In this document: piece after piece, positions 27,051 through 37,416 of the stretch
Layout of the letters: the number at the start of each line of letters is the position of its first letter
Position numbering within the stretch: position 1 is the stretch's first letter
Assembly: GCA_050253415.1 (NCBI GenBank)
Contig: JBFWJC010000004.1
Coordinates: forward strand, 64,001-128,000
DNA length: 64,000 bases
Source: Pedobacter sp.
GTDB lineage: Bacteria; Desulfobacterota; Desulfuromonadia; Desulfuromonadales; Syntrophotaleaceae
Direction: 5' to 3'
Notes under the pieces: model-generated
Databases searched by the model: none
Seen by the model: only the letters and a program-made list of their open reading frames with translations
Told to the model about the DNA's origin: nothing
Position numbers and translations under genes: made by a program

Positions 27051-27602
27051 ATGCTAAACGCCATGGCCCTCCTGGATAAATATTACACCCCCGGCACCGA
27101 TGCGCACCGTATTCTACTGACACACAGTCAAAACGTGGCCACCAAGGCCACCGCCATAGCCCAAGCATTGCCGGCTGGTACGGTGGATGTGACCTTTGTC
27201 ACCGAAGCCGCCCTTTTGCATGACATCGGCATTTACTTCACCGCCGTTTCTTCCCTTGGTTGTTTCGGCGACTTGCCGTATTTGTGTCACGGCATCAAAG
27301 GGCGCGAACTGCTCGAAGCCGAAGGGCTGCCACGCCATGCCCTGGTATGTGAGCGCCATATCGGTGTCGGATTGACCGGAGCCGAAATCATCCGGCAAAA
27401 ACTGCCCTTACCTGAGCGCGACATGTTGCCGACAACGGTTGAGGAGCGGATCGTCGCCTATGCAGATCTGTTTTTTTCCAAGGATCCCAGCAAGGATGGC
27501 CGGGAACGCACCCCTGAGCAGGTACGCGGCTCTTTGGAGCGTTTCGGCAAAGAAAAGCTGGCGATCTTTGACCAGTGGCAGACCATGTTCGCAACAGGCT
27601 AA
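27051..27602 (+). CDS. HD-domain (HDIG) phosphohydrolase
   Basis: HSQNVA, ALLHDIG, HGIKG, ERHIGVG and IVAYADLFF. Confidence 0.88.
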   Translation: MLNAMALLDKYYTPGTDAHRILLTHSQNVATKATAIAQALPAGTVDVTFVTEAALLHDIGIYFTAVSSLGCFGDLPYLCHGIKGRELLEAEGLPRHALVCERHIGVGLTGAEIIRQKLPLPERDMLPTTVEERIVAYADLFFSKDPSKDGRERTPEQVRGSLERFGKEKLAIFDQWQTMFATG

Positions 27603-27640
27603 TGCCTGCCTCGCACGATCTAAAATCCCGCATTAAATAA

Positions 27641-27674
27641 CAAAGGCCGCCTTCCTTAGCGAAAGCGGCCTTTG
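27641..27674. terminator. Terminator between the convergent HD gene and acnB
   Basis: Stem CAAAGGCCGC...GCGGCCTTTG. Confidence 0.75.
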
Positions 27675-27684
27675 ATGCATCAGG

Positions 27685-30216
27685 CTACAGATAAGATGGC
27701 ATCTCATCGAACTGCAGATATCGGTACAACTCTGCAACGTGGGGCGCTACCCGGTCCTGATAAATGGAGAAATACTCCTCCACGGTAGGAATCCGACCAA
27801 GGGTGCTGATGATAGCCGCCAGCTCCGCAGAGCCAAGATAAACCTGGGCGCCATCGCCGAGCCGGTTATCGAAATTGCGGGTCGAGGTGGAAAAAACCTG
27901 TGATTTGGCCGGGACGCGCGCCTGGTTGCCCATGCACAGAGAACAACCGGGGATTTCAATACGAGCGCCGATAGCGCTAAACGTGGCAAACAAAGCTTCT
28001 TCCTTGAGCTGCTGGTTGTCCATACGGGTCGGCGGGCAGATCCAGGTACGCACAAGGGCATTGAAGGGGCGGCCTTTCCAGATGGCCGCCGCAGCCCGGA
28101 AATGGCCGATATTGGACATACAGGAACCGATAAAAACATCCTCGATGGTCTCCCCGGCAATCTCCGACAGGGGGCGTACATCGTCCGGATCGTTGGGGCA
28201 GCAGACCAGGGGCTCCTTCAACTCATCCAGATCGACTTCGATAACGGCGGCGTAATGCGCATGGGGATCGGCCCGCAACAAACGGGGATTTTCCAACCAC
28301 TCTTCCACAGCAGCAATGCGCTTTTGCAGGGTTTCCGCCGCTTTGTAGCCATCAGCGATCATGCTCTTCATCAGCGCCACATTGGAACACAGGAAGGCTG
28401 ACACTTTTTCCTCGGACAATTGGATACAGCCTGCCGCCGCGCTGCGCTCGGCCGCCGCGCAGGTTAATTCGAAAGCCTGCTCGACGGTCAGGTCCTCAAG
28501 CCCCTCCATCTCCAGAATGCGGCCGTTGAAGATGTTTTTCTTGTTCTTTTTGGGAACCGTCAAAAGTCCCTGACTGATCGCCGTATAGGGGATGGCATTA
28601 ACCACATCGCGCAGGGTAATGCCCGGCCGCAAAGCACCCTTGAACCGCACCAGCACCGACTCCGGCATATCCAGCGGCATAAATCCGAGGGCCCCGGCAA
28701 AAGCCACCAATCCGGAACCGGCAGGAAAGGAGATACCCATGGGAAAACGCGTATGGGAATCGCCGCCGGTGCCTACGGTATCGGGCAAAAGCAGGCGATT
28801 CAACCAGCTGTGAATCACCCCGTCGCCTGGGTGCAGGGCGACCCCGCCGCGCGCGGCCATAAACTCCGGCAGGGTGTGATGCATGGTGACATCCGTCGGT
28901 TTGGGATAGGCGGAGGTATGACAGAAGGACTGCATGAACAGCGGCGCCTGAAACTTAAGGCAGGCAAGCTCTTTCAATTCATCGGCGGTCATCGGCCCGG
29001 TCGTATCCTGCGAACCGACCGTAGTCATACGCGGTTCGCAAGCGGTTCCGGGCAAAACCCCGGGTAGGCCGCACGCCTTGCCCACCAGTTTTTGAGCCAG
29101 AGTGTAGCGCTGGTCTGGCAGCGGCACGGGATTATCCGGCAGAGTAAAAAAGGCCGATGGCTCCTTATGCAGGGCCTGCCGTGCACGATCCGTCAATGCC
29201 CTGCCGATAATAAGGGGAATTCTGCCACCAGCCCGGTATTCATCCGGCAACGTATTGGGTACCAGATCAAAACGCGTCAGAACATGACCGGCATCATCCA
29301 GAATACGTCCTGCAAAGGGTTCAATTATAACTTCGTCACCATGCTCAAGCTTGTCAACCTCGGCACGGATCGGCAGCGCACCGGAATCCTGCGCAGTGTT
29401 GAAGAAAATCGGTGCAATGGCGCCGCCGATGATCACCCCGCCACGACGCTTGTTGGGCACTCCGGGGATATCTTCACCGATGTGCCAGAGTAAGCTATTG
29501 CACGCTGATTTGCGCGAAGAACCGGTACCGACCACATCGCCGACAAACGCCACCTGATGTCCGGCTCCGCGCCAGGCTGCGATTGTCTGGAGACCTCCCG
29601 GAAACCGGCTGGTCCCCATACTCAAGGCATGCAGAGGAATATCGGGACGGCTCCAGGCATCGCTGGCCGGTGAAAAATCGTCCGTATTGATTTCACCTTC
29701 GACCCGGAAAATCTTCACCCGGATACTTTCGGGCATCTGCGGCCGTGCGTTAAACCAGCCGGCTTCGGCCCAATTGTCAACGACCTGGCGGGCAAAAGGA
29801 TTTGTTTCCGACAGCGACAGCACTTCGTCAAAGGCATCATACACCAGAGTCAGCCCACTCAGAGCCTTGGCCGCAATCGGCGCCAGGGCAGAGTCATTCA
29901 AAGCTTCCAGCAAGGGTGCGATATTGTAGCCCCCCATCATCGCGCCCAGCAACGCGACCGCGGTGGTTTTATCGATGAGCGGACTTTGGACCCCGCCACG
30001 CAGAATACGGCCGAGATACTCCGCCTTGACCTGTGCCGCCGGATCGACTCCGGGAGCTACACGATTTGTCACAAGGTCGAGCAACAGAGCGTCGCGACCC
30101 ACCGGAGGGGCAGACAGCAAGCGGCACAATTCTTCAGTTTGCTCCGCAGTCAGTGGCAGAGGCGGAATCCCCATCGCCGCACGATCATCAACATGCTGTA
30201 AATATTCACTGAGCAT
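27685..30216 (-). CDS. acnB: Aconitate hydratase B / 2-methylisocitrate dehydratase
   Basis: N-terminal HEAT-like domain (RVAPGVDPAAQVKA), GTGSSRKSA, GSQDTTGPMT, GGDSHTRFP, FIGSCM, PGCSLCMGNQAR and STSTRNF. Confidence 0.97.
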   Translation of the reverse strand: MLSEYLQHVDDRAAMGIPPLPLTAEQTEELCRLLSAPPVGRDALLLDLVTNRVAPGVDPAAQVKAEYLGRILRGGVQSPLIDKTTAVALLGAMMGGYNIAPLLEALNDSALAPIAAKALSGLTLVYDAFDEVLSLSETNPFARQVVDNWAEAGWFNARPQMPESIRVKIFRVEGEINTDDFSPASDAWSRPDIPLHALSMGTSRFPGGLQTIAAWRGAGHQVAFVGDVVGTGSSRKSACNSLLWHIGEDIPGVPNKRRGGVIIGGAIAPIFFNTAQDSGALPIRAEVDKLEHGDEVIIEPFAGRILDDAGHVLTRFDLVPNTLPDEYRAGGRIPLIIGRALTDRARQALHKEPSAFFTLPDNPVPLPDQRYTLAQKLVGKACGLPGVLPGTACEPRMTTVGSQDTTGPMTADELKELACLKFQAPLFMQSFCHTSAYPKPTDVTMHHTLPEFMAARGGVALHPGDGVIHSWLNRLLLPDTVGTGGDSHTRFPMGISFPAGSGLVAFAGALGFMPLDMPESVLVRFKGALRPGITLRDVVNAIPYTAISQGLLTVPKKNKKNIFNGRILEMEGLEDLTVEQAFELTCAAAERSAAAGCIQLSEEKVSAFLCSNVALMKSMIADGYKAAETLQKRIAAVEEWLENPRLLRADPHAHYAAVIEVDLDELKEPLVCCPNDPDDVRPLSEIAGETIEDVFIGSCMSNIGHFRAAAAIWKGRPFNALVRTWICPPTRMDNQQLKEEALFATFSAIGARIEIPGCSLCMGNQARVPAKSQVFSTSTRNFDNRLGDGAQVYLGSAELAAIISTLGRIPTVEEYFSIYQDRVAPHVAELYRYLQFDEMPSYL

Positions 30217-30375
30217 TCAATATCTCCTCACATTTCATGGGCAACCAGCAGCAACTGGTCAAAAGGGAGCCAAACAGCACTATGTATCTCAAATTAAAAG
30301 ACATATCCAGCTGCGGTCAAGCACCCGTTTTGAAAAGGTCCATATAGCATACGAATTATGCCACAAACATCAAAT

Positions 30376-30413
30376 AAAAACGCCCGCCGGGCATAAGCCG
30401 AGCGGGCGTTTTT
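30376..30413. terminator. Rho-independent terminator after the OmpA gene
   Basis: AAAAACGCCCGC...GCGGGCGTTTTT. Confidence 0.85.
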
Positions 30414-30448
30414 CTGCAGGATTTAGATAATCAGTACGACTGAGTTAT

Positions 30449-31102
30449 TTACTGCTGGTTCGGTGTAATGGTTATGGCTACGCGACGGTTGATCTGACGG
30501 CCCGCCTCGGTAGCATTACTGGCGATAGGCTTGCTCTCACCATATCCGACGGTCATCAAACGGGCAGGTGCCACCCCGTAACCGACCAGCACGTTCTTTA
30601 CCGCATTGGCACGTTGCAGGGACAGCTGCATATTGTATTGCTCACTGCCACTGCTGTCGGTATGCCCGGCAATCTGAATTGTAGTCTGCGGGTAATTGTT
30701 AAGAACACCCGCTACCCGCTGCAACTCGTCATAACCGCCAGGTTTAACCGTGGATGAGTTAACATCGAACAAAACATCGGACTTGAAAGTAACCGCCAGA
30801 ACCTCGGCATCACGCTGGATACTTGCACCTTCCACTCCGGAGAGTTGCTGGCGCATCGCCATTTCCTGTTTTTCCATGTAATTGGCGAAAAAACCACCGG
30901 CCGTTCCGCCCAACGCGGCGCCGATACCGGCACCGATGAGGGTCCCTTCCGTATCACCGCCGATCAACTGACCAAGACCCGCCCCAACGGCAGCGCCAGT
31001 GCCTGCGCCGATGGCCACACCTTTTTGAGTCTGCGTCATGGGTTGCGCACAACCAGCCGCCATCAAAGAAACCACTGCAACAACAGTCAGAAATTTTTTC
31101 AT
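30449..31102 (-). CDS. OmpA-family lipoprotein (glycine zipper plus OmpA C-terminal domain)
   Basis: Lipobox AAGC, Gly zipper, GHTDSSG, LSLQRANAV, GYGESKP and NRRV. Confidence 0.93.
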   Translation of the reverse strand: MKKFLTVVAVVSLMAAGCAQPMTQTQKGVAIGAGTGAAVGAGLGQLIGGDTEGTLIGAGIGAALGGTAGGFFANYMEKQEMAMRQQLSGVEGASIQRDAEVLAVTFKSDVLFDVNSSTVKPGGYDELQRVAGVLNNYPQTTIQIAGHTDSSGSEQYNMQLSLQRANAVKNVLVGYGVAPARLMTVGYGESKPIASNATEAGRQINRRVAITITPNQQ

Positions 31103-31346
31103 CTCCTACTCCTTCCAGGAATAAATTGTGACAACAGTTATGCCGATTGAATGCTTATGAATCACTCATTTTTAGCACGCCGCTGGTAAAAAGCAAACGT
31201 TAATTATTTGAGCCTCTGATCATTTCTTGCTTGATCAGACGAAATGCTTACAAAAAAGTTTACACGCTGCACAATATTTTTTTGAATATAAAAAATCTAT
31301 TCAAGTGTGCCCCGATCTCCAGGCCTTTTAGCGATTAATGACACCA

Positions 31347-32270
31347 TCAAATGCCCAGTGCCAGACTTTCCAGAGACTCATCCCCCGGGCTGTCTTCGGT
31401 CCACGCTATGATACTTGCCGGTTTTTCAGCGGCATTGGCATTATCGTAGACAAAGGTCAATGCCCGTCGAACCCGGGCAAGCAATCGAGTAAAGTTCAAC
31501 GGTTTGGCAACAAAATCGAAATACCCCATATCCAGCAGCAACGCTTCTTCTTCCGGATAAGCGCGTGTCGACATACCGATCACGGGAATTTGGCGGGACT
31601 GGCAATTGGTCTGCAACGTGCGAAAGACATCTTTCCCGCTCATGCCGGACAACGCAGACTCCAGAATAATGAGATGGGGCATTTTGGCAAGAACCAACTT
31701 CAGGGCGTCGGCGCCATTATCTGCCGCCAGGGTTCGGTATTTAGCCTGCTGCAACTTGGCGCAAATGGTTTTGCAATAGGTTTCCTGATCGTCGACCACC
31801 AGGATGGTCCGAAATTCGCTGCCACGCGGATCAGCTTCTTCCAGGTAGAATATCCGGATAGCCCGATCAATCTCGGCAGGTGTCGCCAGTACCGGCACGG
31901 TGCGCAGACCGGTTCGAAAAGCAACGGAGTCCAAGGTGGCAAGATCCAGCGGGTTGCATATGGCCAGATAAAGGATTTTGTCTTTGACCCCGAGGGGAAA
32001 GATCTTTTTTTCCACTGCCATGCGGCTGTCGATATATTTGGCCAGAGCCTCGAATTGCACAGGGCGACGGATCGCCTCTATTTTCTTCATGTGAAACTGG
32101 CGGGCTAAAATACGCAGGATATCCTTGTCACAGATAATCCCCAACTGTTCAAAAATTTGGCCCAGAGGCTGTTGGGTGATTTTCTGTCGCGCCAAACCCC
32201 GGTTCAGGTCAGACTCAGTAATGACCCCCATCTCAAGCAAAATCTCGCCAAACCTTAAGCGTTTTTTCAT
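31347..32270 (-). CDS. MshEN/T2SSE-N (PilB N-terminal-like) domain fused to a response-regulator receiver
   Basis: RFGEILLEMGVITESDLNRGLARQ...LGQIFEQLG and LYLAICNPLDL (GspE/PilB N-domain), then REC ILVVDD...FVAKP. No Walker motifs. Start MKKRLR (32270). Confidence 0.85.
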   Translation of the reverse strand: MKKRLRFGEILLEMGVITESDLNRGLARQKITQQPLGQIFEQLGIICDKDILRILARQFHMKKIEAIRRPVQFEALAKYIDSRMAVEKKIFPLGVKDKILYLAICNPLDLATLDSVAFRTGLRTVPVLATPAEIDRAIRIFYLEEADPRGSEFRTILVVDDQETYCKTICAKLQQAKYRTLAADNGADALKLVLAKMPHLIILESALSGMSGKDVFRTLQTNCQSRQIPVIGMSTRAYPEEEALLLDMGYFDFVAKPLNFTRLLARVRRALTFVYDNANAAEKPASIIAWTEDSPGDESLESLALGI

Positions 32271-32837
32271 AATAAAAACATCCTTTTGCGGCACATACTT
32301 GACATCTTTACTAAGGATCCGCCTCCGATATCGGAATATGCAAATTTTGCTCCACTTTGACCACTGCTATAAGTCAAAGCATGATGGCGGAGGAAGATCA
32401 GGCCATCGAATCTTCCCTTCTTTCATCCAGAAGGACTGCCGTGTCAATAAATGGCACCCCATTCACAAAATCCGCTGTCTAAAGGGTCCGAAACCAACCC
32501 CAACTATCTTCGTCAAAGGGCGAGATACCGATAAAAAACGCTGCATTCGCCAACGGAGCGTTATTGACCTCATAGCCTTTTCTGCACGACCGTCGCAACC
32601 ACCTCGGTGAACACCCTGTATTTGGCCATTTCATCGCATTGGCCGTCCACACTATTATCAGTGGTCACTTTCACCGGGACCTAGACGCCTGCCACTTTGG
32701 ACTTGACCTGGCCAGAATCTTAAAGTTGCAATAAAAACCATCCGGAACAACCCGGGTTAAAACTTGAAAATGGCCTCTTTTCCATGCTAGTTTGACGGTT
32801 TGTGAAAAAGCGACACCATTTATACGGAGGTTGACCG

Positions 32838-33125
32838 ATGAAGATAAACAGGGAACAGGTTGAGCATGTTGCGCGTCTGGCGCGTTTGGCTCTGTCAGAT
32901 ACGGAACTGGATACCCTGACAGTCGATATGGATGCCATACTCGGCTATGTCGAAAAACTTAACGAGCTGGATACCGACCACATCATCCCCACGGCGCACG
33001 CCGTGCCGGTGGAAAATGCCTTTCGCGAAGATGTCATTGGAACGTCCATCGGTACGGATAAAGCCCTGCAGAACGCTCCGGAAGCGTCTGACAGCTGTTT
33101 TGTCGTTCCGAAAGTCATCGAATAA
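32838..33125 (+). CDS. gatC: Asp/Glu-tRNA amidotransferase subunit C
   Basis: VEHVARLARL, NAFRED and FVVPKVIE. Confidence 0.96.
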   Translation: MKINREQVEHVARLARLALSDTELDTLTVDMDAILGYVEKLNELDTDHIIPTAHAVPVENAFREDVIGTSIGTDKALQNAPEASDSCFVVPKVIE

Positions 33126-33221
33126 ATTCCGATCAGGTGACCAGACCAAGCCAGGAAAACTGACGCATGCCCCTGTCTTTTGGCATCGTCTGAACACCTT
33201 GTAAAGTTACAGGAGAGCACC

Positions 33222-34679
33222 ATGGCATTAACGGATTTGACTATTCACGAATTACAGACGCTGCTGAAAAACCGGGAAACCTCTTCCCGGGAGCTTACGC
33301 AGGCTTTTCTGACGCGTATTGCCGAAACCGACAAACATATCGGCGCCTTTATCACCACCTGCGAAGAAGAGGCCCTCAAGGATGCCGATGCGGCCGATGC
33401 GCGCTTGTCCGCAGGGGAAGCCGATGCTCTGACGGGGATCCCCCTGGCGCTTAAGGATATTTTTATCACCCAGGGGATCCGCACCACCTGCGCCTCGAAG
33501 ATCCTCAATAACTTCGTTCCGCCTTATGACGGCACCGCCGTGAGCAAATTAAAGGCGCAGGGCGCCGTGTTGCTCGGCAAGCTGAACATGGACGAATTCG
33601 CCATGGGCAGTTCCAACGAAAACAGCGCTTTCGGGCCGGTCAAAAACCCCTGGAACCGCGACTGCGTACCCGGCGGCTCTTCGGGCGGTTCGGCGGCCTG
33701 CGTAGCGGCGCGCCAGGCGGTAGCCACCCTCGGCACCGACACCGGCGGATCGATCCGGCAGCCGGCCTCCCACTGCGGTGTGGTCGGACTTAAACCGACC
33801 TACGGCCGCGTATCGCGCTACGGCGTAATCGCCTATGCATCCTCCCTCGACCAGGTCGGTCCGCTGACCCGTGACGTGGAGGACTGCGCCATCATGCTCG
33901 GCGCCACCGCCGGCTACGATCCTGCCGATTCGACCTCCATAAACCTGCCGGTGCCCGACTATCAGGCGAGCCTTAAACAAGGGATCAAAGGCCTCAGGAT
34001 CGGATTGCCCAAAGAGTACTTTATCAAAGGACTCGATCCCGACATCCAGCAGGCCATCGACACCGCCATCGCCACCTTGCGTGACCTCGGTGCCGAACCG
34101 GTTGAGGTTTCCCTGCCTCACACCGAATACGCCGTGGCCTGCTACTACCTCATCGCCACCGCCGAAGCTTCCAGCAATCTGGCCCGCTACGACGGAGTAC
34201 GCTTCGGCCAGCGGGTGGATCAGGGCCGCGGGCTCATCGACATGTACAATCAAAGCCGTGCTGCGGGGTTCGGTCCCGAAGTCAAGCGGCGCATCATGCT
34301 CGGCACCTATGCGTTGTCGTCGGGTTACTACGACGCCTATTACCTCAAAGCCCAGAAGGTGCGCACCCTGATCCGTCAGGACTTCCTCGATGCCTTCAAT
34401 CAGGTCGATGCCATTGTAACCCCGATAGCGCCGACGCCGGCATTCCGCATCGCGGAAAAAACCGCCGACCCGCTACAGATGTACCTGTCGGACATTTTCA
34501 CCATTCCGGTCAATCTTGCCGGCACCTGCGGCATGAGCGTGCCCTGCGGTTTTTCCCGGGACGGTTTGCCCATCGGCATGCAACTGATCGGAAAGCCTTT
34601 CGGCGAAGAAACGATTCTGAAGGCTGCTTACGCTTATGAGCAGGCTACCGACTGGCACCGCCATAGCGCACCACTGTAG
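33222..34679 (+). CDS. gatA: Asp/Glu-tRNA amidotransferase subunit A
   Basis: Amidase signature [18 protein letters not shown] and SSNLARYDG; start MALTDL with RBS AGGAG. Confidence 0.97.
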   Translation: MALTDLTIHELQTLLKNRETSSRELTQAFLTRIAETDKHIGAFITTCEEEALKDADAADARLSAGEADALTGIPLALKDIFITQGIRTTCASKILNNFVPPYDGTAVSKLKAQGAVLLGKLNMDEFAMGSSNENSAFGPVKNPWNRDCVPGGSSGGSAACVAARQAVATLGTDTGGSIRQPASHCGVVGLKPTYGRVSRYGVIAYASSLDQVGPLTRDVEDCAIMLGATAGYDPADSTSINLPVPDYQASLKQGIKGLRIGLPKEYFIKGLDPDIQQAIDTAIATLRDLGAEPVEVSLPHTEYAVACYYLIATAEASSNLARYDGVRFGQRVDQGRGLIDMYNQSRAAGFGPEVKRRIMLGTYALSSGYYDAYYLKAQKVRTLIRQDFLDAFNQVDAIVTPIAPTPAFRIAEKTADPLQMYLSDIFTIPVNLAGTCGMSVPCGFSRDGLPIGMQLIGKPFGEETILKAAYAYEQATDWHRHSAPL

Positions 34680-34793
34680 CCATGCGTATCCCGGGCAAAA
34701 GCTGAAGAAAACCTGCCCCGGACATAGACAGGAATCGAATACGATACCCATGCAGGCGCGAGACAGGAACCCTGCATTCGGAAGGAATCGACA

Positions 34794-36230
34794 ATGACCT
34801 CGCGATATGAAGTTGTTATAGGACTGGAAGTTCACGTCCAGCTCACCACGAATACCAAAATCTTCTGTAATTGTTCCACCGCCTTCGGCAGCCAGCCCAA
34901 CAGCCAGACCTGCCCGGTCTGCCTTGGCCTGCCCGGTGCCTTGCCGGTACTCAACCGCAAGGTCGTGGAGTACGGCATCAAGACCGGCCTGGCCACCAAC
35001 TGCAGCATAGCGCCGCGTTCGATCTTTGCACGTAAGAACTACTTCTACCCCGACCTGCCAAAAGGCTACCAGATTTCCCAACTGGAACTGCCGATCTGTG
35101 AGCACGGCCGGCTCGATATCGAGGTCGACGGCAAAAGCAAATCGATCGGTATCACCCGCATCCACATGGAAGAAGATGCCGGCAAACTGTTACACGACAG
35201 TAGCGACAGTTCGCGGGTCGACCTCAACCGTGCCTGCACGCCCCTGTTGGAGGTTGTTTCCGAACCGGACATGCGCTCCTCCGACGAAGCCATCGCCTAT
35301 CTGAAGAAGCTGCATCAGATTGTGGTTTATCTCGGGGTCTGCGACGGCAACCTGGAGGAAGGCTCCTTCCGTTGCGACGCCAACGTGTCGATCCGCCCCT
35401 GGGGGCAGAAGGAATTCGGCACCCGTGCCGAACTTAAAAACATCAACTCCTTCCGTTTTATCAAGCAGGCCATCGAGTACGAAATCGAACGCCAGGCCGA
35501 CATTCTGGACGAGGGTGGTAAGGTGATCCAGGAAACCCGCCTGTTCGACACCGCCAGCGGCACCTCCCGCTCCATGCGCGGCAAGGAAGAGGCCCACGAC
35601 TACCGGTACTTCCCGGATCCCGATCTGGTCCCCTTGATCGTATCCGATGACTGGATCGAACAGTTGCGTCGCGAACTTCCCGAACTGCCGGAAGCCAAGA
35701 TCGCCCGTTTTGTCAACGAACTGGGTATCAGTCAATACGACGCCGAAGTGCTGGCCGCCGACCGGGCCATGGCCGAATACTACGACAGCCTGGTTGCCCT
35801 GCACGGCAACGCCAAGCTGTGCGCCAACTGGGTCATGGGCGAACTACAGCGCGCGCTCAACGACAGCGGCATTGCCATTACCGACTGTCCGGTAACCCCG
35901 CCGATGCTGGGTGCGCTGCTCAAACGCATTGACGACAACACTATTTCCAACAAGATCGCCAAGACGGTGTTCGACGCCATGTGGCAAAGCGGTAAAGACG
36001 CCGATGCCATCATCGAGGAACAAGGACTCAAACAGGTCAGTGATACCGGTGCCATCGAAGCAGCCATCGACGAAGTCATGGCCGCCAACCCCGGTCAGGT
36101 GGAAGAGTACCGTGGCGGCAAGGACAAGCTGATGGGCTTTTTCGTCGGACAGGTCATGCGTGCCACCAAGGGCAAAGCCAACCCCCAGACCCTCAATGAT
36201 CTGTTGAAGAAAAAACTGGCCGGGGAATAA
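34794..36230 (+). CDS. gatB: Asp/Glu-tRNA amidotransferase subunit B
   Basis: [34 protein letters not shown] and [10 protein letters not shown]. Confidence 0.98.
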   Translation: MTSRYEVVIGLEVHVQLTTNTKIFCNCSTAFGSQPNSQTCPVCLGLPGALPVLNRKVVEYGIKTGLATNCSIAPRSIFARKNYFYPDLPKGYQISQLELPICEHGRLDIEVDGKSKSIGITRIHMEEDAGKLLHDSSDSSRVDLNRACTPLLEVVSEPDMRSSDEAIAYLKKLHQIVVYLGVCDGNLEEGSFRCDANVSIRPWGQKEFGTRAELKNINSFRFIKQAIEYEIERQADILDEGGKVIQETRLFDTASGTSRSMRGKEEAHDYRYFPDPDLVPLIVSDDWIEQLRRELPELPEAKIARFVNELGISQYDAEVLAADRAMAEYYDSLVALHGNAKLCANWVMGELQRALNDSGIAITDCPVTPPMLGALLKRIDDNTISNKIAKTVFDAMWQSGKDADAIIEEQGLKQVSDTGAIEAAIDEVMAANPGQVEEYRGGKDKLMGFFVGQVMRATKGKANPQTLNDLLKKKLAGE

Positions 36231-36369
36231 TCCGCACCGGGTGCAGCCCAAGGGGTAGAAAAATTTGCAGCAAATATTCCCTTGTCAGCCGGGCACAATC
36301 CTATATCGTTGAATAAGTGCGGGGTAGAGACCGGATCACTAACCACCCCGTTTGATGGAGAAATCAAGT

Positions 36370-37413
<1,044 letters not shown>

Positions 37414-37416
37414 GCC

